This document shows, piece by piece, positions 8,709 through 15,966 of a stretch of DNA of 20,000 bases. The notes beneath the pieces were generated by a model. That model was not told the DNA's origin. It made no database searches and worked only from the letters and a program-made list of their open reading frames with translations. The position numbers and the translations under genes are program-made. The stretch is from an uncultured virus (IMG/VR IMGVR_UViG_3300030514_000006) (taxonomy: Duplodnaviria > Heunggongvirae > Uroviricota > Caudoviricetes > Herelleviridae), in IMG/VR virus record IMGVR_UViG_3300030514_000006; one strand, written 5' to 3'. Within the stretch, counting starts at the first letter, position 1. Each line of letters starts with the position of its first letter.

Positions 8709-10613
8709 ATGAAGATGGAATGGACAGAGCTAATAGCTGAAAACTTTCTCTCATTCGAAAGAGTGGTGTTGAAGCTAGGGAACAGAGGGATTGTTCTTGT
8801 AGAAGGTGATAACCTAACCAGTAACAAGTTTAAAAGTAACGGTTCAGGTAAGAGTTCTTTAATAGAACCAATGGTATACGCTATCTACGATACAACGTCT
8901 AAAGGAATTAAATCGGACGAGGTCATTAATAATAAAGTAGGGAAGAACACAGCGGTTATCCTGAAGGGTAAGCAGGGTAAAGATGAATACCGTATTGAAC
9001 GGTACCGAAAGCATAAGAAACATAAAAACAAGGTGCTTCTATTTTTGAACGACAAAGAGATTACAGCTAAATCTACAGCAGACACAAATAAAATGATACA
9101 AGCTATTGTAGGAATCGATTACAATACATTTGTAAACAGCATTATGTTTTCACAAGGTTCCGGTGCAGGTCGTTTTGCTATCGCAACAGATAAAGAAAAG
9201 AAAGAAATTTTAGAAAACCTTGTTAACTTACAGGTATACGCAGATGCACAAGACATTGCAAAAAATAGAGTAAGAGATAAGGTGGCAGAGATTGCTACTA
9301 AAGATCGTGAAGAAGAACGTCTTCAGTGGGAACTTTCTCAGGTGGACAACCTAGAACAACAAGACAGACAGCGATACGAAAGCACAAAAGCCTCTATCGA
9401 AAGAGAAGAACAGGAGTTTGAAAGAGTTAAAGAGGAAATGAACAATTATATCAATACGGCTGGGCAACAGATTCCTGACTTGATTAACCGCGCTGAGAAG
9501 CTTAAAGAAGACCGGGAGCTAATGAAGTCTAACGTAACTAACCCTCATGCACAAGCTGTAACTGAGGCAATGAACGCATTAAACGAAATAAGAAGTCAGC
9601 AGCGTCAGCTGGAGTATGAGAAGTCACAGCAGATTGAGGATTACAAAAAGTTAATGACCAATACGAACTGCCCTGTATGTGGCTCTGAACTTGATACTAG
9701 TCACAGAGACCAAGAGGTAGCTAGAATAAAAGGTAGCCTAAACCAGATTCTTAATAAGATGCAGCCCCTATCAGGTCAATTGAACCACTGGCAAGCCGTT
9801 CATGACGAAGCATATGCTAAGTACATGCAGGTAAAAGAAGAACAAGATAACATTGTAAACAACTACAGAGAGCTCTCCAATCAAATTGCTTTACTTGAAA
9901 GAGAGCAGCAAACATACAGCAACTACCTTAATAGCTACAAGGCAAAGTTAAATACAATTACCGTTACACTTTCTAAGCTCCGAGAAGTTCCTGAGCCAGC
10001 TCCTAGGGACGAAGAAAGGAAAGCTATCCAAGAGAAGATAAAAGCCGTGAGAGACGCTAAGCTGAGCTTACATAAGGAGAAGAACCAGCTTGAAGATACA
10101 GTTAAAGTATTTTCAAACTCAGGAGTAAAATCACACGTACTTGATCTTATTACTCCATTCCTAAATGAACGAGCTAATAAATATCTTGGGATGCTATCCG
10201 GGTCAGACATGGAACTAAGTTTCTCTACACAGACTCCTAAAAAAGATGGAGAAATGACAGAAAAGTTTGACGTTAAGCTAACCAATGCATCTGGAGGAGA
10301 CAGCTACAGAGCAAACTCTGAAGGAGAAAAGAAACGTGCAGACCTAGCTATAGCATTAGCTTTACAAGATTTAGTAATGAGTGGGGCTAGGGGAGCTTCT
10401 AATGTAGTTGTGTATGATGAAGTATTTGACGCATTAGACAGTGTAGGGGCAGAGAACGTTGTTACTCTACTTAGAGAAAGACAGAAGGAGATTGGTACTA
10501 TTTTTATCGTCACTCATAATGAAACATTAAAACCACTATTCGAACAAGTAATTACAGTTGTAAAAGATAAAACAGGCGTATCTAAATTAGATGAAGGAGA
10601 AGAGATAACATGA
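8709..10613 (+). CDS. sbcC: SbcC/Rad50-like SMC ATPase (exonuclease subunit)
   Basis: Walker A NGSGKSS, Q-loop FSQG, long coiled coils with zinc hook CPVC, signature NSEGEK, Walker B/D-loop YDEVFDALD and H-loop VTHN. Confidence 0.93.
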   Translation: MKMEWTELIAENFLSFERVVLKLGNRGIVLVEGDNLTSNKFKSNGSGKSSLIEPMVYAIYDTTSKGIKSDEVINNKVGKNTAVILKGKQGKDEYRIERYRKHKKHKNKVLLFLNDKEITAKSTADTNKMIQAIVGIDYNTFVNSIMFSQGSGAGRFAIATDKEKKEILENLVNLQVYADAQDIAKNRVRDKVAEIATKDREEERLQWELSQVDNLEQQDRQRYESTKASIEREEQEFERVKEEMNNYINTAGQQIPDLINRAEKLKEDRELMKSNVTNPHAQAVTEAMNALNEIRSQQRQLEYEKSQQIEDYKKLMTNTNCPVCGSELDTSHRDQEVARIKGSLNQILNKMQPLSGQLNHWQAVHDEAYAKYMQVKEEQDNIVNNYRELSNQIALLEREQQTYSNYLNSYKAKLNTITVTLSKLREVPEPAPRDEERKAIQEKIKAVRDAKLSLHKEKNQLEDTVKVFSNSGVKSHVLDLITPFLNERANKYLGMLSGSDMELSFSTQTPKKDGEMTEKFDVKLTNASGGDSYRANSEGEKKRADLAIALALQDLVMSGARGASNVVVYDEVFDALDSVGAENVVTLLRERQKEIGTIFIVTHNETLKPLFEQVITVVKDKTGVSKLDEGEEIT

Positions 10614-11194
10614 AAACAGTCATTAAATCAGACAACCTATTGAGTATTGAAGTCGATACAACTAGAGAGGGGAAGAAAACATTATTCTTACCCGTACAGG
10701 ATATTCACTACTGGTACCCATTCAATATTAATTTTTACTATAAGTATTCCTCAGCAAAAGAACATTTATACCTAGTGCAGGACAAAGAGTACGAGGGAGA
10801 AAATATCTATAGTGTAAGAAGTTTAAAAGCTGCTAAGCCTTTACAGGATAAAGGAGGCACCCCGTTTAACCCAGAAGTGTACAAGCGTAATTTGCTTATC
10901 ATGAGTAAAGCGCAGTCACTCGGTCTACCAATCATCACGGATGACTATACATTGGAAAAGGTACAGAGAGGATTCAAAACATTTGATAAACTTCTCGGTT
11001 TAGTACGAGCAGCTATTCAGCAGAGATACTTAAGAGAGAATGATGAAGCATGGTTTGTACCAGAGGTTCCTACTAATTCATGGGACATCGAACTGTATGG
11101 TCAGGCAACTCCTCAGGAGCTAGCAGTGTTAGAGGAATTTGGAGAAATGTACTCCATGCTAACTGTAATGCGTAAGATCGCAGAAGGGAGATAA
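10610..11194 (+). CDS. Staphylococcus phage G1 gp67-like anti-sigma/RNA polymerase inhibitor
   Basis: 194 aa, in the same position (between SbcC and primase) as the ~198-aa anti-sigma factor of K/G1 phages. It shares recalled motifs WYP, NP.V...NL.I..KA...GLPIIT..Y....V..GF, RYL and G..Y.ML..M.KI. ATGA overlap with sbcC. Confidence 0.75.
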   Translation: MKTVIKSDNLLSIEVDTTREGKKTLFLPVQDIHYWYPFNINFYYKYSSAKEHLYLVQDKEYEGENIYSVRSLKAAKPLQDKGGTPFNPEVYKRNLLIMSKAQSLGLPIITDDYTLEKVQRGFKTFDKLLGLVRAAIQQRYLRENDEAWFVPEVPTNSWDIELYGQATPQELAVLEEFGEMYSMLTVMRKIAEGR

Positions 11195-11196
11195 TT

Positions 11197-11829
11197 ATGC
11201 TTAAAAAGGTCTGTAGTAAATGCAAACAAGCAAAGCCTTTAGAGACTGGGTTCTATAATGAAAAGCCCAGTAAAGACGGAAAATCCGGTCACTGTAAAGC
11301 CTGTATGGATGCTACCCATAACAAATACATAGAGGAAAACCGAGATAGATGGAACGACTATATTAGAGACCGCTATCTGGAGAACCATAATGTAAACTTT
11401 GGGGACGTAGTCTACGGCAGGCTAGCAACGTATGAGAACAGTCTACACTCTATCAAAAAGTATAAATTTAAAATTATGTGGTTCCCCTATAATAGACTAG
11501 GTGGGCGTGTTATGATAGAATGGGCTGTAAAAGACAACCCTAAATGGATGCCTTTGCATATACTAGATGAAAAGAAATGTAGAAAGTGCGGGAAGATTCG
11601 TAGTGCAGAGAGCGGGTTCTACGATGGTCATGTCTGTAAGTCATGTGTACTCCGAAGAGATAAAGAAAGACGACTAGAGGCACAAGGGAAAGATACAGCT
11701 TATGTAGAGGAGCAGGTTATTCTCCGTTATATCAAAAATAGGCTTAAGCTAAAAAGTTATACAATCGATATAGAGCCTATAAAGACAGAAGAGGAAAAAG
11801 GGATTATTCAAGTAACATACTGGAGGTAG
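11197..11829 (+). CDS. Protein with two C4 zinc-finger repeats, resembling the N-terminal module of HNH/EndoVII homing endonucleases; no nuclease domain recognised
   Basis: KVCSKCKQAKPLETGFY..KDG..HCKAC (aa 4-36) and KKCRKCGKIRSAESGFYDGHVCKSC (aa 126-150). Confidence 0.65.
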   Translation: MLKKVCSKCKQAKPLETGFYNEKPSKDGKSGHCKACMDATHNKYIEENRDRWNDYIRDRYLENHNVNFGDVVYGRLATYENSLHSIKKYKFKIMWFPYNRLGGRVMIEWAVKDNPKWMPLHILDEKKCRKCGKIRSAESGFYDGHVCKSCVLRRDKERRLEAQGKDTAYVEEQVILRYIKNRLKLKSYTIDIEPIKTEEEKGIIQVTYWR

Positions 11830-11835
11830 GGAAAG

Positions 11836-12915
11836 ATGTTTTTAGACTTAGTTAGACAGGAGCTAGGTGCTAGTAAGAGTACAGCAACACATGATCGATT
11901 TTGCTGTCCATTCTGTGACGATTCAAAATATAAGTTTTACGTACACAAAGAGTCAGGGCTATGGTGTTGCTTTAAATGTGACGAGGGGGGAAACCCGGCA
12001 CAATTTGTAATGAAACACTATGAAGAGTCCTATGCTGAAGCTATTGATACTTTAATGGTTTATGACTACGATGTTAAAGCACAACAAAATGGATATAGCT
12101 TTAGTAAGTTTGACCCGAACTTGACAGAGGAAGAGAAGCTGTTACTGTTTATAAGCTCGGGAGGGAAGGCACCGGAAGAAGATGAGGCAAAAGTAACCTA
12201 TACGTTCCCGGCTGTTCCTACGAACTGTAAAACGCTAGCAGCTAACTTTAATAACCCAGAGGCATACCCATTCTTTGCTTACTTACATGGACGAGGGGTT
12301 ACACTAGAGCAAATCCACCAACATAATATTTCTTATGTTATAAATGGGACAGTGGACTTGATTAGCGTAGATGGCACCCCAAGACAGCTTAACTTAAGAA
12401 ACCACGTTGTCTTTTATACATTCGATGAAAACCGTAAGCCGCTGTACTGGAATACACGAAGTATAGAAAAGAATGCGTTTATTAAATCGTTCAATGCCCC
12501 TAGTAAACCTACAGAGTATTCAAAGAACAATACAATCTTTAACCTGAATAATGTGAAGTATGCAGACAAGATTGTTGTACATGAGGGTGTATTCAACAGC
12601 TTTATGACTCCGGGATGTGGAGTAGCTACTTTTGGTAAGCAAGTTACAGATGAACAGATTCGTGTTTTACTAGAGAAAACACAAGAAAAGAAACAACCTA
12701 TCTATCTATACTTAGACACGGATGCATGGGAGCAGATGATTAAGGCAGCTAATAAGATTCACGCTGCAGAACCGAACCGGTTAGTCTACTATGTGTTTAG
12801 TGGTACAGATGAAGATGCCAATGACCTAGGAATGGAAAAGGTTCAGGAGCTTATCGATAATGCTTTTCTTGCAGATGCAGAAGGAGAGCTAAAATTACTT
12901 TTACTAAATTCATAG
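11836..12915 (+). CDS. dnaG: DNA primase (zinc-binding domain plus TOPRIM)
   Basis: CPFC...CFKC zinc finger, YLHGRG, TOPRIM VHEGVF, ATFGK, YLDTDA and DANDL. Confidence 0.9.
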   Translation: MFLDLVRQELGASKSTATHDRFCCPFCDDSKYKFYVHKESGLWCCFKCDEGGNPAQFVMKHYEESYAEAIDTLMVYDYDVKAQQNGYSFSKFDPNLTEEEKLLLFISSGGKAPEEDEAKVTYTFPAVPTNCKTLAANFNNPEAYPFFAYLHGRGVTLEQIHQHNISYVINGTVDLISVDGTPRQLNLRNHVVFYTFDENRKPLYWNTRSIEKNAFIKSFNAPSKPTEYSKNNTIFNLNNVKYADKIVVHEGVFNSFMTPGCGVATFGKQVTDEQIRVLLEKTQEKKQPIYLYLDTDAWEQMIKAANKIHAAEPNRLVYYVFSGTDEDANDLGMEKVQELIDNAFLADAEGELKLLLLNS

Positions 12916-12921
12916 AAAAGG

Positions 12922-12966
12922 CTTGACTATATTTTCACTGTATGCTATTATATGGTTATAGTCAAG
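12922..12966 (+). promoter_or_regulatory. Sigma-A-type promoter bracketed by a perfect 10-bp inverted repeat
   Basis: TTGACT (12923-12928), 17-bp spacer, TG at 12943-12944, TATTAT (12946-12951). Inverted repeat CTTGACTATA (12922-12931) / TATAGTCAAG (12957-12966). Confidence 0.8.
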
Positions 12967-12981
12967 AAGGGGGAATAACGA

Positions 12982-13242
12982 ATGAGGTATTTAATCTTTA
13001 CTGGGTGGTCAGATGACATTGTGAAACTAGTAGGAGAGCTGGCGTATGATGAGATTAGTTTCTCTCACATGGCACTTGATAAGAAAGTTATCATAATGCT
13101 ATTAGACAATCAATCTTTAGATGTTACAGAGCAGAAGATTAAGCAATACGGACTGCTTCACAAGTACACGCTAGAACGTATAGCTAACATCGATCAGTTT
13201 ACTGAATACATGCAGAAATTAAATGAGGAGGAGAAACATTAA
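12982..13242 (+). CDS. Hypothetical protein (86 aa)
   Basis: RBS AAGGGGG upstream, downstream of a promoter, TAATG-coupled to dut. Confidence 0.75.
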   Translation: MRYLIFTGWSDDIVKLVGELAYDEISFSHMALDKKVIIMLLDNQSLDVTEQKIKQYGLLHKYTLERIANIDQFTEYMQKLNEEEKH

Positions 13243-13874
13243 TGCAATCAATTGATGTACTTTACTTAGAGGACAAGGATTTAATCGTACCAACACAAGG
13301 ATATGAAGGTGACGTAGCATATGACATTTATGCATCGGAAGGTCGATTAGTGCCTCACTCAACTTATAAATCTATTGTTATCCCTACTAATTTAAAAGTA
13401 GCGTTTGACTGGGAAAAAGCAGGTATGTTTGCATCTTTACGATCTGGTGCAGCTTGTAACACACCTTTAATTCTATCTAACGGACCTGGAATTATTGAAG
13501 GTACATACAGAGGGGAAATCGGTATTATCGTTCGTAACACATTTGCGGATAACAGTTTAGTAGACTTCGTGTTTGATGTTAAAGGGAACAAAATCCCACT
13601 AAACCAAGTACCAAACGTAGTGAAGAAAGAAGCTCGTAAATTCTTCGTAGAGGAAACTGAACATCTCTGCTATCCTTCTGTAGAAGAAGGCAATGGTAGC
13701 CAAGTGTTTAAAAAGGTTGTACCACGAGGCACTATCTATGTTGAAAGAGGTACACGTATCGCACAAATTTTCTTCCTAAACAAAGTGGTAGGTAAGTTTA
13801 AAGGAACTGATAGTTTACCAGATTCTGTTCGTGGAGAAAACGGACGAGGTTCCTCAGGCTTAGATAAAAAGTAA
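13242..13874 (+). CDS. dut: Trimeric-type dUTPase with a large internal insertion
   Basis: Motif I DVAYDI, II RSG, III GIIEGTYRGEI, IV RIAQ and V RGENGRGSSG. Confidence 0.85.
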   Translation: MQSIDVLYLEDKDLIVPTQGYEGDVAYDIYASEGRLVPHSTYKSIVIPTNLKVAFDWEKAGMFASLRSGAACNTPLILSNGPGIIEGTYRGEIGIIVRNTFADNSLVDFVFDVKGNKIPLNQVPNVVKKEARKFFVEETEHLCYPSVEEGNGSQVFKKVVPRGTIYVERGTRIAQIFFLNKVVGKFKGTDSLPDSVRGENGRGSSGLDKK

Positions 13875-13885
13875 GGAGGGTACAC

Positions 13886-14206
13886 ATGGCTGACAAGGAA
13901 AATGAAATCCTAAAGTTCATGGAGAACATTATTTATCTCAGAACAAATAAGGACAAGGAAGGTCTACTTACTCTTATGGAAGAAGGGGAACAAAAGAAAG
14001 TGACCCTAGACCAAGTAGGAGATGCCCTTATTCAAATCATCGATGACGTAGCAGGATACACAACAGCTGCAGTTAATGCATCACAACAGTTACAAGAAGC
14101 TAGGTTGAAAGCAATTATTGAGGCTTTACCTAGTAGCACACAAGCTTTAGTAAAACACAAATTCGAACAAGCAGAAGACGATCTGCTTACAAGGAGAGAA
14201 AATTAA
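13886..14206 (+). CDS. Hypothetical protein (106 aa, helical), syntenic with conserved Herelleviridae ORFs
   Basis: Strong RBS AAGGAGG; located between primase/dut and the resolvase. Confidence 0.8.
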   Translation: MADKENEILKFMENIIYLRTNKDKEGLLTLMEEGEQKKVTLDQVGDALIQIIDDVAGYTTAAVNASQQLQEARLKAIIEALPSSTQALVKHKFEQAEDDLLTRREN

Positions 14207-14208
14207 CC

Positions 14209-14634
14209 ATGAAAAAACATTACTCACAAGAACCAATCAAAGCTGAACACTTATACGACTTCCTAGACTGTGTAGTTAACCGCAATGTGAAAGATGAGGC
14301 AACAGCTAAACGAGTGCAGCGCCTATCAAAGTATACAACAACATTAACAGATGTTGCAGTAGTGGTAGAGGCGATGATTACTCCTTACCAACAATACCAA
14401 ACTCATTTAATCTCTCGTTTACAAGTATTAGAGATTGTAATGCAAAAGTTAGGTGCTACACCTGAAATGTTCCAAGAAGCTGCAGTAGAGTATGACAAGC
14501 AGTTGAAAGAAGCTGAAGAGCAACTAAAAGCTGCTACTGAACAGGTAAAAGCTGAGAAGGAAGCTGAAGCTACTTCAAAAGTGGATGAGATCAAAGAAGA
14601 AATTGAAACAAATGAAGTGACTGAAAAAGAATGA
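14209..14634 (+). CDS. Hypothetical protein (141 aa) with an acidic coiled-coil C-terminus
   Basis: RBS AAGGAG, tight spacing, E/A/K-rich tail. Confidence 0.8.
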   Translation: MKKHYSQEPIKAEHLYDFLDCVVNRNVKDEATAKRVQRLSKYTTTLTDVAVVVEAMITPYQQYQTHLISRLQVLEIVMQKLGATPEMFQEAAVEYDKQLKEAEEQLKAATEQVKAEKEAEATSKVDEIKEEIETNEVTEKE

Positions 14635-14834
14635 CGGAGCCTACACATGTCCTCTGCCGTGAAACGGTGGAGGATGACTTAGATGTATATAACATTAGAG
14701 GAAAATATTATGAGATATACAGTATAACTGAGGATACATACGAAGTTGCTGTGGAGCCGGGGTTAGACATCGATGAAATAATTATCAAAAAAGATGACCC
14801 ATCTTTTCTTGTAGTGTTTAAGAAGGAGGACTAG
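14631..14834 (+). CDS. Small acidic hypothetical protein (67 aa)
   Basis: ATGA overlap with the upstream ORF; exactly fills the gap before the resolvase; weak RBS. Confidence 0.65.
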   Translation: MTEPTHVLCRETVEDDLDVYNIRGKYYEIYSITEDTYEVAVEPGLDIDEIIIKKDDPSFLVVFKKED

Positions 14835-14835
14835 C

Positions 14836-15390
14836 ATGGGAAAGTACTCGAAAAATAAGGGAAGCAGCTATGAGTTAAAAACAGCTAAGTTTATGTCTGC
14901 TTGGTGGGGTGGGAACTTTTCACGAGTTCCTGCTTCAGGCGGACTACACTGGAAAGGTGACCAACGTGTAGCAGGGGACATTATCCCTCCTATCGGTCTA
15001 GACTTCCCCTTTGTCATAGAATGTAAGAAGAGGGAAGAATGGAGTATGGAGCACATTCTCCTAGACATTGGACAACCTAAGGAATGGTGGAGTCAAGTAG
15101 TTACAGACGGACGAAGAGTAAACAGAACTCCTCTATTAATCTTCTCTCGTAACCGTGCTAAGGACTTTGTTATGATTCCACACCAAGGTTACATTTATAG
15201 ACAGATTAAAGACATCTCTCATGAACATTTTAGAACCTCTGTAACTATTAAAAACATTAGAGATGAAGTACAGTCGTTTGATGTAATTGTTACAACCCTA
15301 GATACGTTTGCTAAAATTCCTATTGTTGACTTAGTTGAATACGGTAAGACAGTAGCGTGGGACAACTACGCAGACCAATATGAGGAGTGA
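14836..15390 (+). CDS. Holliday junction resolvase (Hjc-like PD-(D/E)xK nuclease)
   Basis: SKNKGSSYE, GDI and IECKK motifs; RBS AAGGAGG; synteny upstream of the nrd genes. Confidence 0.85.
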   Translation: MGKYSKNKGSSYELKTAKFMSAWWGGNFSRVPASGGLHWKGDQRVAGDIIPPIGLDFPFVIECKKREEWSMEHILLDIGQPKEWWSQVVTDGRRVNRTPLLIFSRNRAKDFVMIPHQGYIYRQIKDISHEHFRTSVTIKNIRDEVQSFDVIVTTLDTFAKIPIVDLVEYGKTVAWDNYADQYEE

Positions 15391-15394
15391 TTAG

Positions 15395-15817
15395 ATGCCT
15401 AAAGTAGCTCAAGGTAGACTTAATGTAGGCTGGCAGACAGTTATGAGCCTTCTAGCTAGAGGGAGCCACCAATTTGAAGAACGGAATTTTTTACCTAAAC
15501 TTCCTGAGGGAGTCTATGTACATGCTGTATACAATGAGTATACAACTGCTAGCTTCTGCTTCATCCTCAATAGTAGAGAGCCTGTAGAGGGCTGGACTAG
15601 TTACGTAGAAGAGGGCGTACAGATTCCTCAATCACCTGCAGCTCTTGAAGCTTTTCGTCAAGTAGTAGAGAATAAAAACCTACCTGAGAACATTATCAAA
15701 ACTATGAGCCTACAAAAGCTCATGATGAATCTTAAAAATGATTTCAGAGAAGATGCTGACTCAGGTATCAACCCAGACATGACGATTGAAGAATACTTGA
15801 ATAACTTATATAACTAA
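15395..15817 (+). CDS. Hypothetical protein (140 aa)
   Basis: RBS GAGGAG overlaps the resolvase end; no recognisable motif. Confidence 0.75.
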   Translation: MPKVAQGRLNVGWQTVMSLLARGSHQFEERNFLPKLPEGVYVHAVYNEYTTASFCFILNSREPVEGWTSYVEEGVQIPQSPAALEAFRQVVENKNLPENIIKTMSLQKLMMNLKNDFREDADSGINPDMTIEEYLNNLYN

Positions 15818-15828
15818 ATAGAATAAAT

Positions 15829-15879
15829 AAATTTCCCCTACAAGGTTGTTAGAAAAATACAACATATGGGGAAATTTTT
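15829..15879 (+). terminator. Hairpin, possible terminator of the upstream operon
   Basis: AAATTTCCCC (15829-15838) / GGGGAAATTT (15868-15877) perfect pair, inner GTTGT/ACAAC pair, short T tail. Confidence 0.5.
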
Positions 15880-15920
15880 ATGATTTTAGACTGTACAAAC
15901 ACTATATTGTGTGTTACACT
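15857..15920 (+). promoter_or_regulatory. Tandem NrdR-box-like sites overlapping a putative extended -10 promoter of nrdA
   Basis: ATACAACATATGGGGA (15857-15872) and ACACTATATTGTGTGT (15899-15914; 14/16 to acaCwAtATaTwGtgt) start 42 bp apart. Putative promoter TGTACA (15892-15897), 17-bp spacer, TG, TACACT (15915-15920). Confidence 0.6.
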
Positions 15921-15966
15921 GTTATTACAGCAAAAATATTATAACCTAGAGAGGAGATACACAGAC

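Noticed and set aside
14500..14634. Repetitive GCTGAA/AAAGCT-rich stretch as a DNA repeat
   Set aside because: Explained by the low-complexity E/A/K coiled-coil coding sequence.
15880..15966. ORF-track 29-aa N-terminal extension of nrdA
   Set aside because: The region holds the promoter and NrdR-like boxes; RBS GAGGAG supports ATG 15967.
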